A stretch of DNA of 64,000 nt, from the NCBI GenBank assembly GCA_001662655.1, contig KV460219.1, one strand, 5' to 3'. Numbering within the stretch: position 1 is the stretch's first letter; each line of letters opens with the position of its first letter. Positions 37,395 to 50,535 of the stretch are shown piece by piece. Both the position numbers and the translations under genes were made by a program. The notes under the pieces are model-generated. The model made no database searches, was not told the origin of the DNA, and saw only the letters and a program-made list of their open reading frames with translations. Origin of the DNA: Pseudogymnoascus verrucosus (taxonomy: Eukaryota).

Positions 37395-39483
37395 ATGGTG
37401 GCGGGCTTCGCTCCAATCGACCCTCCCTCCACCAATGGAGGGGGTTCGAAGAAGAAGGTCGCGTACTTCTACGATTCTGATGTCGGAAACTATGCATATG
37501 TCGCAGGCCATCCCATGAAGCCTCATCGCATAAGGTTGGCCCACAGTCTGATTATGAACTATGGGACGTACAAGAAGATGGAGATATATGTAAGTCGCCC
37601 ACACCTGGTCATCCTTGGACCATGTCGCCCTTTCACCTCCCCCAGCATCTGCCATCCCTTTCAAACGCGCCTGTCTGATCTACATTTGCTAACGCGCGCA
37701 TTCAGCGAGCGAAACCAGCTACAAAGCATGAAATGACCCAATTTCATACGGACGAGTATGTCGACTTTCTCCAGAAGGTTACGCCTGACAATATGGACGC
37801 CTTCATGAAAGAGCAAGGCAAGTTCAACGTCGGCGACGATTGCCCTGTCTTCGATGGCCTCTTTGAGTTCTGTGGTATCTCCGCTGGTGGCAGCATGGAG
37901 GGCGCCGCGCGCCTCAACCGAGGCAAATGCGACATCGCAGTCAACTGGGCTGGTGGACTCCATCACGCCAAGAAGAGCGAGGCCAGTGGTTTCTGCTACA
38001 TCAATGGTGAGATTGTCGCATGATCCCCCTGTGTTCATTTCTGACCCGTGTAGATATCGTCCTCGGAATCATCGAGCTTCTGCGCTTCAAGTCGCGAGTT
38101 CTCTACATCGACATCGATGTCCACCACGGCGACGGTGTCGAAGAAGCATTTTACACTACCGATCGCGTTATGACATGCTCTTTCCACAAGTACGGAGAGT
38201 ACTTCCCTGGAACTGGAGAGCTCCGCGACATCGGTGTCGGCCAGGGCAAGAACTACGCTGTGAACTTCCCTCTCCGCGACGGAATTGACGACGCTTCATA
38301 CAAGTCGATCTTTGAGCCAGTTATATCCGCGGTCATGCAGTACTACAGGCCCGAAGCCGTTGTTTTACAATGTGGTGGAGATTCGTTATCGGGCGACCGT
38401 CTCGGATGCTTCAATCTGAGCATGAGGGGTCACGCCAATTGCGTCAAGTTCGTCAAGAGCTTTGGCCTTCCTACCCTGGTCCTTGGTGGAGGTGGTTATA
38501 CCATGAGGAACGTCGCACGTACCTGGGCCTACGAGACTGGATTACTTGTCGGCGAAGAGATGAACGCAGTGTTGCCTTTCAACGAGTATTACGAGTATTA
38601 CGGCCCTGACTACGAGCTGGATGTCCGTTCGTCGAATATGGAGAACGCAAACTCGAACGACTACCTTGAGAAGATCAAAATCCAAGTCATCGAAAACTTG
38701 AAGAAGACTACGTTCGCGCCATCGGTCCAGATGCAAGACGTCCCCAGAGAACCTATGGGAGGCATGACTGAAGAGGAAGAGGCCGAGCTCGACGACCTGG
38801 ATGAGGACGAAAACAAGGATGTCCGTAACACCGAGCGCCGATGGGATAAAGCTATCACCAGGGACGATGAGTTGGATGAGAGCGATGATGAAGAATCAGC
38901 ACACGCTAATGGTGTCCGCCCACAAAACGGAGTGCCGAAACGCATGAATATCATGGACTACCAGAACGCAAATGCCGTGGATTCCGAGGCAGCAAGTGGG
39001 ATCCAGACTCCAGACGTCGCACCAGAAGTCGATGAAGCAACAGCAGTTGCGACAGAAGCCAATGCGGAGGTCAATGAAGAAGTCATGCGAAGCAAATCTT
39101 TAAACCCGGCGCTTTCAGCTCTCGCCGAAGCTGGCGCGTCAAGCTCAAACATAGCATCACGACCTGAATCACCTGCCCAGGTAGACGCGATGGGTGATGT
39201 GGACATGGACAAGCCAGTCGTTGAATCAAAGGCACCTGATGAGCCAATACCAGAAGCTGCTGCCGCTGAAGTAGAGGCTGCAACAGTTGCAACCCCTCCG
39301 ATATCACCCGTTTCTGCTGCCGCCGCGGTAGAGGCCCCTACACCATCTGAGCCTGAATCAGAAACTAAGCCTACGCCAACTGCAATGGACGATGTGCGGT
39401 CTGCAGCGGCAGAAGAACGCGATGCTGAGGATGTCAAGGACGAAGTTGCAGCAGAAGTGGCAGATAAGATGGACGAGTCATAA
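37395..39483 (+). CDS. RPD3: Class I histone deacetylase
   Basis: Motifs [55 protein letters not shown] and GGGGYT, with an acidic C-terminal tail. Two introns. Confidence 0.97.
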
Positions 39484-40105
39484 GTCATTCAGCCTGTGCT
39501 TTCACACATCTTGAAGGCATGAACACAATCTTGAATAGCTTCACTGGACTGGCGCGGACATTTTAGCATTATACACTCCATGGGCGGGTTCGTGCGTTTT
39601 CGGCGCTCATGTATTTCACGGTATATCTGAAAAGGGTGCTTCAGGCGTATGGTAATGAAAGGGGTAGAGGGGGCCTCCTTGGCCGTTTTTGATGGAATCA
39701 GGAGTTTCGAGTTCAAATGATTTATCTCGATGCCGTTCTTAGCTGGTACTTGCTAGAATAGATACCAATGGTAATATTCACATACATAGGCTCATCGAAT
39801 GAAATTGCACGATCTAACTAGCTGTCAGGCGGATTTGATCTTTGTTGTCATTTTGTATCCTGCAAATTCACGATGCATGCCTCAGGCCACAACAAACTAT
39901 TTGCATCCGCATCAAATGTACCCAATTCGATCTTCACAGCCAGTACAACAACAGCTCTTCTCATGAGTGATAATTTAGCTACTATTTGCAATAATTGAAA
40001 AGTTATCTTGAATAATACAGAGTCGTAATACACGTTTGGCAGCACTTTACAGAGCATTGTCCAAGGAATTTGAAAATTGTGGTGGTGGTCCCCCGTAAGC
40101 GAGAG

Positions 40106-40115
40106 ATTAGGGTTT
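40106..40115 (+). promoter_or_regulatory. Telobox/Tbf1-like TTAGGG element in the ribosomal-protein promoter
   Basis: ATTAGGGTTT about 110 bp upstream of the RPL23 ATG. Confidence 0.4.
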
Positions 40116-40222
40116 TCTAATCCGCGCTCCAATCCGCACCTCGAAAGAACTTCACCACGACGACCAAGCAGCACATCACGACCCTTTGAACTCACCACCA
40201 GTCTCAAAGAACCTCCGACAAA

Positions 40223-41071
40223 ATGGCCAAGATCTCGTATGTGTGCCCTCTCACTCCCGCCAACACGGCGTGTACGAAGTGTCCCCGATTTGCGCCGGAT
40301 CCGGGGATGCGCGATGATTTGTGTGGTGGATGGAGTTGGCTGACCGTTTTTGCAGTCGTGGTGCCCCAGGTGGCAAGCTGAAGATGACCCTCGGTCTCCC
40401 AGTGTACGTCCCCCCTCGAAGACTCCCCGCGACGGACCCAGAATCGAACTGCGATACCGAGACGGAATGGATGGTTGGTGGTGAAGGAAGAAACAGAGGT
40501 ACTAACGCAAATATAGCGGCGCCGTCATGAACTGCTGCGACAACTCGGGTGCTCGTAACCTGTACATCATCTCCGTCAAGGGTATCGGAGCACGTCTTAA
40601 CCGTCTCCCCGCTGGAGGTGTCGGTGACATGGTCATGGCGACCGTCAAGAAGGGAAAGCCTGAGCTGAGGAAGAAGGTCATGCCCGCGGTCATTGTCCGC
40701 CAGTCGAAGCCATGGAAGCGCACAGATGGTGTCTTCCTCTACTTCGAGGATAACGCCGGTGTTGTGAGTACAGCCCTGTCCTGGTGCTGGTTTTCTTGGT
40801 CGTGTGGATGAGGTTGGGGTGTTGGACTCGATCGATGTTTGTTGGATGGGGGGTTTTTGTGCCAGGATACAAGGCTTTGCAAAGGCAGAAGACTAACAAT
40901 TTATTCACAGATCGTCAACCCCAAGGGTGAGATGAAGGGATCAGCCATCACAGGACCAGTCGGAAAGGAGGCAGCTGAGTTGTGGCCAGTACGTCGAACC
41001 TCTGTTCCTACCTTGAATTCTCTGCTAATATTTTCCAGCGTATTGCCAGCAACTCTGGTGTCGTCATGTAA
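40223..41071 (+). CDS. RPL23: 60S ribosomal protein uL14 (L23)
   Basis: Spliced product reads [20 protein letters not shown]...[28 protein letters not shown]...[42 protein letters not shown]. Four introns. Confidence 0.97.
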
Positions 41072-41523
41072 AGTGTCTTTCTTTCGGGGTTCCTGGCTGG
41101 AGTTGCTTTCTTGCATGAGTCACATAGCGTCTACAAATCAATGGGCACAATTTGACATCACGCATGCTTTTGAGATATTACTTGATTCGGGACTGTTGTT
41201 ATGATATGTGGAGATTTGGCAGGAACTGAAGTTCCCAAGTTGCATGCTTACTTACACTTCCACTTCGGTTTAAACCCATTCCGTACACCAACCAGGCGAC
41301 GGCCATATATGGAGAGTCGATTTACCAACAAGCACCCGATTGCACCTCGAAAACCCAATTATCTCACAGCAACATGTAAATTTCGCCATAGCAAGACTGG
41401 ATACTTTTATTTTTAATCTCCATGCCAGAGACATATTTCTATACATCTACAGTATCCCTCATTTTCCATTCACCAACCCCACGCCCTTTCCCCTTCGTTT
41501 TTCCTCAAAACCTATCCTCCTCC

Positions 41524-42050
41524 TTAAACCAACGCAATGCACTCAATCTCAACCGGGACATCCTTTGGCAGCTCCTTAACCGCAACACAGCTCCTGGCCG
41601 GCTTGTGGGCGAAGAACTTCTCGTAGGTGCGGTTCATCTCAGCGAAGTTGTCCATGGTGGTGATGAACACGTTGACCTTGACGACCTTCTCGAGGGAGGA
41701 TCCAGCGGCCTCGAGGACGTTAGACAGGTTGGTGATGCACTGCTCGGTCATCTGGGCGATGGTGTAGGCGGGCTGGGTGAAGATCTCGCCGGAGGGGGTG
41801 CATGGGATTTGACCGGAGCAGTAGATGGTGGTGCCGGTCTTGATGGCTTGGGAGTAAGGGCCCGCAGCTGGAAGGAGGTCAGTACGGTGTTCTGAGCTCA
41901 TATGGAGGCAGTTGGACGAGGGACTTGGGGAAAATTGGAGGGGATTGAGGGGTTGTGGGTGGGCTGAGGTTGAGGTTATGTAATGAGAGATAAGGGTCTG
42001 AGCTTACGGAAGGCGGCCTTATCGGTGTAGATGATCTCCTGTCCAGACAT
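41524..42050 (-). CDS. RidA/YjgF/Mmf1-family enamine deaminase
   Basis: Exon 1 MSGQEIIYTDKAAF is spliced to PAGPYSQAI...SGQIP...KVNVF...KPARSCVAVKELPKDVPVEIECIA. Confidence 0.93.
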
Positions 42051-42853
42051 TTTGAAAGATGTGATTGTAAAGTACGAGTTTATTTGGGTATTATGGTTTA
42101 AAAATTGGTTGTTGAATGCAAGTTGTGCTGTTCTTGTATGGAGCTCTTAAATGGCGGGGTGGAGGGGAACCGATGGCGGAGTCCCATGTCCGTAAAGAGC
42201 TCCGTAGGTAAGCGATAAGAATCTGTGCCCTATATTTCAGGTCCTCAATTTATCAGACCGGAACATGCCAGTCCTCGGCAGCGCTAGTCTCATAGCGCGC
42301 GTCGGCTCGCTTAATGATATGAGCAACAACTGCTCTTTCAACGACATGCCATGAATGGCAACCCCTGGAAAGTCGACGCGCAACGCTCTGGGTTATAAAA
42401 CGATCAGATATTCGTGTTCAGGGGCTAGATCCATTACGGGATACCCGGTCGGACCTATAAAATATTTCAGGGCCGGCCCGATATTCGGGACTTGAGGTTT
42501 TGATGCTGCCAAGCGTCCATTTCCAGTACACACTGTCCCAAGCTGGTGAGTATGAGTTTCTTACGTTTACTGTCAAAATCTTTCATTTCTGTCATTTGCA
42601 AGATATTTCCATTCATTATAGGACTCTTAGGGGTATACAAAACAATCCAGGCGCCAAAATATTCAAGTCCTGCTACCCATCCCCGCGAGAAGTCCAGCTC
42701 GTCGTCGGAATCGCCCAATCCCGTGATCAGTGCAAGTGCAGCAAACAAGAAAAACCACAAGTGTGCAAAATTGACCTGCGCAACCTCCAAGAAACGCCTT
42801 AAGAACCATTACTGCATTTCGTCACATCATAATCATTACAAAAATCCACTCTC

Positions 42854-43452
42854 TCAATGTCTGCTATGCGTCTTCTGCTTGACAGACACAATATGAGACT
42901 TGGCAGCAGCCACTGTCAAAGTCAGCAGGCAGTAACGCAAGCAAGAGGAAACGTCATACTTTGGACTTCCATCTTACTCCCCACAATCTCTCTGCAGCAG
43001 TAGCAGAACTCCTCGCACTCAACATCCGAAGAGTCCGGCGTCGGCAGACGATGGAACCGCGGGGTCGGCGGCGGCGCATGGGCCCTCGGTGGCTCAGGCG
43101 CCATTGGCATTGACTGCCGCACGCGAGACTTGGACGAGGAAGATTTCTCACCCGAGCGCTTGCTGCTGCGGCGACGACGAGGCTTTTTCTCGTTGTCAAT
43201 GACGTCGGGTGTCCAGTGGACACTTTTCTTGCCCGACGACGACGAGGTGGAGGAGTATGCTTTCTCACCGCGTCTGTCGACGCCAATGGGCTGGTAGGTA
43301 GACACGGGTGGTTGTGTCTCGAGCCAGCCGGCGACCTTGTAGGCCAGCTCTGGCGTAAGCGAGGGTGAGGAGCGGTGGTGGGCTCTGGGGGTGCCGACGG
43401 CCGTCTTGGACGACTGTGAGCTGGATGAAGTGCTCATATTGGATGGAGACAT
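42854..43452 (-). CDS. Hypothetical Ser/Pro-rich fungal protein
   Basis: 176-aa ORF with KKSVHW and RLPTPD...CEEFCYCC motifs. A GT-AG intron (about 42915-42959) leads to a short last exon ending KTHSRH*. Confidence 0.6.
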
Positions 43453-44786
43453 TTTAAAAATGATGGCTCTTTGATGTTAAGTCGTTGTGGTGGACGGTGG
43501 TTGATGAAATGATGAGAGGCAATGGTATACTACGAGCGGGGTTGGGTGCCTGGGTGACCAGATCGAGGGTACCAAGTGTGCAGAGGAGGGTACCGAAGGT
43601 TATCACTTCCGAAAGACGTGCCACGGTCCGAAAATTGTCCCGTAAACTTGGAAAAAGTTTATTGATACAGTATGGATAGATATAGATGGAGTGTATGATA
43701 ATAGAGGAAGGAAGGAGGAAGTTGGAGAAGGGGGGGGGAGAACAGGTCTTATGAGGAAGAGAAGTCTGATATTCGGGCGAAGCGAGTGTTACTGACCAAT
43801 AGGAACCCATCGTTCCAATTATCAGAACAGCCACCATGCTCCTCCCCCCGACATATCTGACTCCTAAGCGATTCCTGCAGCCCTGGCTACCACCCCATTT
43901 TCGTGTCGGTTTTCAGCATCGATTTGGGAGCCTTGCTATACTCGAAGTTTATCACGACCAAAAGTATGAGATATCTCGAGGTTATGAGTGGTCCGTGCAT
44001 GGGACAGGGTGCAAGCCGCTTGTCACCTGCAAGGCGTAAAATGCTGTAGTGGTGCATATCACAGCTGAGATGGAAGCTTCCAGTGCGAAATTCAGGGGGT
44101 TTTGATGTCTATGCATTTCTATATCTATCCATTATTCTTGGGGTTGCAACCATCTTCTGTGATGATCCCCTTCGTTCATGTTCAGGATGTGTTGTCGTCT
44201 GGGTGGTGGGAGGGGAGGCATTTTTGGGGGGTGGGACGATGCCCTCAACGTCAGCTTGACAAGAGACCGAGTAGGCTCAGGGATTACCAGAATTCTACGA
44301 TTTACGGATACTCTTTGGTAATTGGCAGATATATTGATGGATTGAGTATCTGTACTCTAAAGTCTGTTGTAAGGGGCTTGTCCAGCTGAGTCATCCATTT
44401 AGGCTGACATAATACATTAGTTATCAGGAATCCAACATTTCTATTGGTGGATAACGGTTTCAGCTGAGGTAATTACTTAGTCACCCAACCCTCCTCCTCG
44501 ACTACATGCCATCACGTCCATGCCGCGACAGCATTTCGTGCTGCTATCCGTTCCAATAGGTGATTGAGGATTATAGAGAATCATAGGAGAGGTATTTTTA
44601 CTGGTTGGTGCTAAGATTTAACTTGTTTTACTATTCTCCTTGTTTTATTTTTTCAGAATCCCACAATCTGGCACATCCTGGCCCAATGAATCTTGTACTC
44701 TTATTGAAACTCCGCGCAGTTCTATGCAAACAATTTGAATTGTCTACAAACTCTACAAGCAAATCCTACTCACTCATCCATTCCCC

Positions 44787-46316
44787 CTACCCTTCCCCAA
44801 TCCCAACCCCCAACCCCCCCATCACCCTCCTCACCCCTCCCACCCCGCCATCCAAATACACCCCCCCAACAACCGCCAAAACCCCCCTCCTCACCTCCCC
44901 CGCCAAATCCCCCCTCCTCCCCACCAACTCCCCAATTCCACACCTCATCCCCGCCCCCACCAGCGCCTCCACCCCCAACGCCCTCGTCACCGCCTCCCTT
45001 GCCGCGCGCTCGGAGAGGCGGAGGGAGTAACATGATTCCCAGAGCACGAGCTCCATGGCGCGGCGGCCAAGGTAGGAGAGTCGCGCGTTATTGGAGTGGC
45101 CGGGGGTGGGGGGGGTGAGGGCTTGGGTGAGGAGGGTGGGGGTGGTGAAGGTGTAGTTTATGTTGTGTTGGAGGGGGAGGAGGGAGGGGGGGTCGTTGTT
45201 GTTGTCGTCGTGCTGCTTGGTAGTAAGGGGGTAGGGGGTGGAAGGGGAGGGAGGTGTATGGATGGGGGTTTGGAGGTTTGGGGAGGAGGAATGGACTGGG
45301 CGAGGGAGAAAGTGGGATAGAGTGGTTTGGGTGTCTGGATCTCGGTGGTGGAAGGATGGGGGATCGTGGGACTTTTGACGGGTTCTGGGAGGCCACGTCT
45401 CGGTGCGTGTAGACACGGGTATGGGTGAGGACCGTCTACGCTCCTGCCTACGCTCTTTTTCTGTTACCTTTGACTGTAACTCGGCAGGTGGCAGGTCCAG
45501 CAGAGGAACGGACGACCTACGTCTTCTTGTGAATAACCCATGAGGTTTTGGAGCTTCAGGCGCGACGGTGTCAGGTGCAGGTGGTGGAGTGGTAGACGAA
45601 CAGAGGACTTTGGTCCATAGACCTGGAGCGTGTGGGCTTGGGGGTTCAGGAGGTGGCGGCGGGCGGAGGACTTTCGACCACAGTCGTTTGGCGCAGGGAG
45701 GACAGGGACCTTGTGGCTGTTGTATCGCGGGAGGTGGTGATGGGTTGCGGTTTTTGGAGTTGAGGCTCTGGGAAGGTAGGGGATTGGGTTCTGAGGGGTG
45801 GGCTAGGTGGGAGAGTGGGTTGGAGCGGGGGGTAGATGGGGTGTGGTTGTTAGAGGAGGTTGTCAAATCGCCGTGACTGTCCTGACTGGAGTTGGTGGTG
45901 GGAATTGAGCGGGCAAGATGTGTGTCTTGACTGGGGCGAGTAGCATTGCTCGAAGAAGCTGAGAAGACGTCTGGAGGGAACTGTATGTCTTGACTAACGT
46001 GAGTACGGTTGCTTGAGGGGGTCGTCAGGGCAAACCGTGTGTCTTGGCTGGTGCGAGTAGGGATGCTCGAAGTAGCTATATAGTCGGGAGGAGACTCTGT
46101 ATCTTCACTGGCACGAGTAGGGATGCTCGAAGTAGCAATATAGTCGCCCGTACACTCTGTATCTTGACTAGCATGAGTGAGGTCTCTGGAGGAAGCTGCT
46201 CTCTCGTAAGCAAACTCTCTACTGACATCATTTGGCGGGTGATCTGGGTCTTCTTGGAGGTATATTTTTGGGCACAGATCGAGGCCCTGTTCTAGATAGG
46301 CTTTGTAAGATCCCAT
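44787..46316 (-). CDS. Protein with a long disordered, repetitive N-terminus and a degenerate C-terminal RNase III-like domain
   Basis: C-terminus reads LQHNINYTFTTPTLLTQALT...NARLSYLGRRAMEL...LAVVGGVYLDGG, matching the RNase III fold pattern (NERLEFLGD; EAxxGAxYLDxG) but without the acidic residues. Confidence 0.65.
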   Translation of the reverse strand: MGSYKAYLEQGLDLCPKIYLQEDPDHPPNDVSREFAYERAASSRDLTHASQDTECTGDYIATSSIPTRASEDTESPPDYIATSSIPTRTSQDTRFALTTPSSNRTHVSQDIQFPPDVFSASSSNATRPSQDTHLARSIPTTNSSQDSHGDLTTSSNNHTPSTPRSNPLSHLAHPSEPNPLPSQSLNSKNRNPSPPPAIQQPQGPCPPCAKRLWSKVLRPPPPPEPPSPHAPGLWTKVLCSSTTPPPAPDTVAPEAPKPHGLFTRRRRSSVPLLDLPPAELQSKVTEKERRQERRRSSPIPVSTRTETWPPRTRQKSHDPPSFHHRDPDTQTTLSHFLPRPVHSSSPNLQTPIHTPPSPSTPYPLTTKQHDDNNNDPPSLLPLQHNINYTFTTPTLLTQALTPPTPGHSNNARLSYLGRRAMELVLWESCYSLRLSERAAREAVTRALGVEALVGAGMRCGIGELVGRRGDLAGEVRRGVLAVVGGVYLDGGVGGVRRVMGGLGVGIGEG

Positions 46317-47565
46317 CTGCGACTATTTGATAGGTTTAGTGGGGTCAAGAGGTCAGTAGATAACAAATCTCGAATAGGCAATATCATCATTATTTTTTCA
46401 ATATACATTTAAAATATTAAGTAAGATTTTTATTCACATGCATCTCCACATCAAAATTATTCTCCGATGCCACTACATATTCATTCACAGCATCTAAATT
46501 ATCCTTAATTATCCGGTATCCGAAGACCGAATACCGAGTGGCGCACGTCGGATCAGTTGAATCCGATTCGTGGTCCTGTTCTCACTTTGTTGCTCTGTGC
46601 AGATTTGGAGTCGAAATTGGCTATCACGCAGCAGCATTAGGCAGCTAGAAATCGGCAAAATCCGCGCGTCAGATGCACCTGGTTGCTTGGATGTGGCTTG
46701 TAAACTACTCTATGCGGAATGCTATACTCTAAGATGGAGATGACACCTGTCACCAAGGACGTCAGGAAGGTGCGTACCTCTCTCGTACCTGGCCGCCGCG
46801 TCATACCGGTCTTTCCCACTCGTCCAGGCATGCGAAGTCACGTGATTTCTCAGTTACTCAGCCCCAATTAAACGTTATCACCATGTCTGTCGTTACCACC
46901 AAAAAGTCGATTCGGGTCAGCATCTGCCCCGTGCAAAGCGCCATTCACGCCCAACCAACCGCCTTCCGCCGTATCCACCGTATAATTAACGCCAAGACGC
47001 TATCAGCGCGTTCTGCTGACGCATCAACGAAAACGTCAACGACGAGTCTGGAATGGTGCCTTGGGGAAAGATTACTTGATGACTCCCACGATGACAGACC
47101 TGCTTGGCGTGCATACACACCACTGAATTTGAGTCTGATTACCCTGAATACACGGGAAATATTACAGAAAACACCACAGTGGACACAACAGGAGAGTATT
47201 CTATAGTCCTAAAAGTCCTATAGCCTACTGGTACCCGTACTCTATACTCTATATTTTTCTTCTTCTACCCTATCTACCATCTCCTACTAACAAGGAAGGC
47301 GGGGCCGTCTCACGCTCGGTCATCTTCCTGGTTTGACTTCGCACCCTGCGCATAACTTGGACACCGTATGAACACCTTTATTACTCATGCCTTATCCTCC
47401 CAAAAACCCTGTCCCCCGTATCTTTCTTTCACCCCGCTCCGCTCCTCCTCACTCTTTGCCACACAGGTGTACTGGCGCCAAGGGCAAGGCAGGAGGCAAA
47501 AACGAACTCCGTAACGAGCGGCACTTACTAAGGAATTTGCTAAGATCTTATCAGATGTCGAATTT

Positions 47566-50050
47566 ATGAATCTAGCGCCGACGATGTCTACTGTGCCACC
47601 AACCCAGACGACACCCGACTCGGCGCCAACAAAACCCGAGCATGTGAATCGCGCCTGTGAGCCGTGTCGGCTCCTCAAAGTGCGCTGCCTGCCCTCTCCC
47701 GACCCTGCTACCAGACGATGCCAGCGCTGCACGAAGAACGGACGAACTTGCCATTATGCCGCTCCCCAGAAGAGGCGCCCGAGGAAGAGGACGGACACCA
47801 GAGTTGCTGAACTCGAGAGGGAGGTGCGTGCCATGCGCTCGCTGCTGAATAAGAGCAAGCAGTCGCCCTCGGCAGGCTCGAATCAGGGCTCCATGCACAC
47901 TGTGGACGAAGAACAGGAGATAGAGGGGTTTCTCGAGAGGGCGCCCATACCCCACTTGGGAATGGAGCCCAACGCATTCCACGAACCCATGGAAGAACCT
48001 CGCTGGGGTTGCGGACCTGGCGAGATGGACGGCGAGACGTCTGACACGGGAGAGAGATCGCCAGACGTGATCGAGCGCGATCTGATTGGATTGGAGATGG
48101 CGCAGGAGTACTTCGATCACTACGTCAACAATATGATAGTGCACTGCCCAATAGTCGCCTTCCGCCCGGAGCAGACAGCCGAGTCTGTTCGCTCGTCGAA
48201 GCCAATACTCTTCCTCACTATCTTGGCCGCTGCTGCAGGTCAGAAGGACCACAACATATATATCACTTTGCATGAAGAACTCCTCCAGGTCTTCGCAGAT
48301 CGATACATTATGAAATCCGACAAATCGCTCGAGCTCGTGCAAGCGTTCCTGCTGACGTGTATTTGGCTGTATCCACCAAATGACTTCAGAACACTCAAGT
48401 TCTACCAGTACGTGCACATGGCAGCGTCCATGTCGCTGGATATTGGTCAGCCAGATCTGCCAGGGTTTTTTTCAAAGCACCAATGGCCGACTGTTGTTGC
48501 GGATAATTTTGTAAAGCCCCCCGGACAGGAGTCGCATTCGAACATGGAAGGCACCAATCCACCCCCCGCAGACCCTGAGGCGGCTCGACTCCTGCGCCAG
48601 GAGCTACTGGTGCTAGAGAGCAAGAGGACGCACCTGGGCTGTTATTTGATTTGCGCAAGGTATTTTCTCTGAAGTGACCGATGAATGATAGTCGCTAACT
48701 CGAGGTAGTGTGTCGATGTCACTGCGCAGGCCGAATATGTTTGCCTTCTCCGCATTCACCAAGGGATGCATTGACTACCTTACCAACTCTCCTTATGCAC
48801 TCCCGTCGGACAAACTTCTCATCGTATGGTCGAAAATACAGCACATTACCGAGGAAAGTGCAGCTGTATTCGCCTTTGACGACCTGTCTAGCCGCGTAGA
48901 GATGTCTGATCCGCGGGTGCAGCTGACCCTGAAGGGCTTTGAAAACAGGCTTGAGGAATTTCGCAAGACTATAGATCCTGTACATCTGTCAGCTACTCTG
49001 GAGGTTCACTACTACATGAACAAAATCATACTACAGGAATATGCCATCATGGTCAAGAATGTCGATGGTTTCCAACCGGAGGAGTTGATTGATATCGGGA
49101 CAAAGGCGAGTCCGATTTCCATGGCGAGCGCGAGCGCTATCATGACCGTGATCGAGTCCGCCCATCTCCTCCTCGACGCCTTCTTTAGCGTACCCGACGA
49201 AGTTATTAGATCCTACCCCGTTATCAACTTTGTCCGCATGTCATACGGCATGGTATTGCTGATCAAGATGTACGCCAACGCCAGCCTTCCGGATTCCGAG
49301 CTCGGGAAGATCCTCGACGCCGATTCACTCAAGATAGATCACTATCTCCGAATGGCAGTTACCCGTCTCAAGCGCATCACCGAATACCGCGCTGCGAGCA
49401 AGTTCCTCCAGATCGTCCTCAAGGTGGCAATGTACCACCAGCAGCGCTTAGCCAACGCCATGCCTCAGACTGGCAAAGGACTAGGAGCGGCCCAACTGAT
49501 TGCGCCGCTGCTGAACCTCGTCATGAACGGCCACGGCAAGCCTACTCTCGAGGAGCAAAATCAAAGCCCGCCTCAGAAGAAGGGCAAGAGGACTAACGTT
49601 GCCGACCGGAACCGTCGCTCCTCTCGACCTGCCTCGGACACCGCTGACGCCACCGATCCTAACAGGCCCTGGTACCCTGAGTTCTCCGCCGGAGTTGGCC
49701 CCTACCTCGCCACTAGCAACACCTCGCCTAGCAACCCCTCACCATCGTCGGCTCAAGACTCGTCGTACACGCACAACGCGTCGATATCGACAGCCACCAC
49801 CGCCACCACTGAATTCTCGGGCACCGGCAACGCCGCTGACCTCGCTAATCAGTGGTTCCCACCCGCGACGGACTTCGGTGGTGGCCTGCTGCCCAATGAT
49901 ATGGATGTCGACATCTTTGCCTTCAGCGAGGGCATGGAGTTCACGACTGATGACTTGAACACCTTTATGCCGTTTATTAGCTCGTCGGTAGAAATGCAGA
50001 TGTTTGAACAGACGAATGATTGGTCGAACTGGGGACCGGGTCAGCAGTGA
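47566..50050 (+). CDS. Zn(II)2Cys6 transcription factor
   Basis: ACEPCRLLKVRC...CQRCTKNGRTC binuclear cluster, a coiled coil (RVAELEREVRAM) and a middle homology region. One intron at about 48660-48708. Confidence 0.93.
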
Positions 50051-50535
50051 TCGTCTCTGCGGGGAGGTATTTGTACGAAATATACGTGTGTGTTGGGGAC
50101 GGATGCACATATGGGCCGATCTATATGGGATGGCACAACTAACTCTACTTTATGGGACCGGGGGGCGCTGGAATGTTTTGCTAGTTTTCACAGGTGTTAT
50201 TTTATGACCTTTACGGATGGGGGAGTTGGGGGATTATAATACCAGGAAGGGGGCTTTGTGTGTGTATTTGTACAGTATAGTACGCTCTACTCTATATATT
50301 TGGCGGGAGGGCGCCCGGAAGAATGGGATCGAGGGCGGATGGACGGACGGATATCATGCTTCTCTCTTCTTCTCTCCACTCAGACAGACGGACAGATAGG
50401 GAGCGTTTTGCTGCGCGGGGCAGCGGAGAAACCCATAGAATTCCCCTCTTTAATGCGAAGGACGAAGGAACGGCACCGAGTGGTCTTTTTATTGCTTGTG
50501 ACTTTGTAGTTTGTTTGGGGTTTAGTGAAGGAAGC

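Noticed and set aside
41869..41901. ORF-track start MSSEHRTD for RidA
   Set aside because: It lies inside the intron; the upstream exon at 42050 supplies a family-typical N-terminus.
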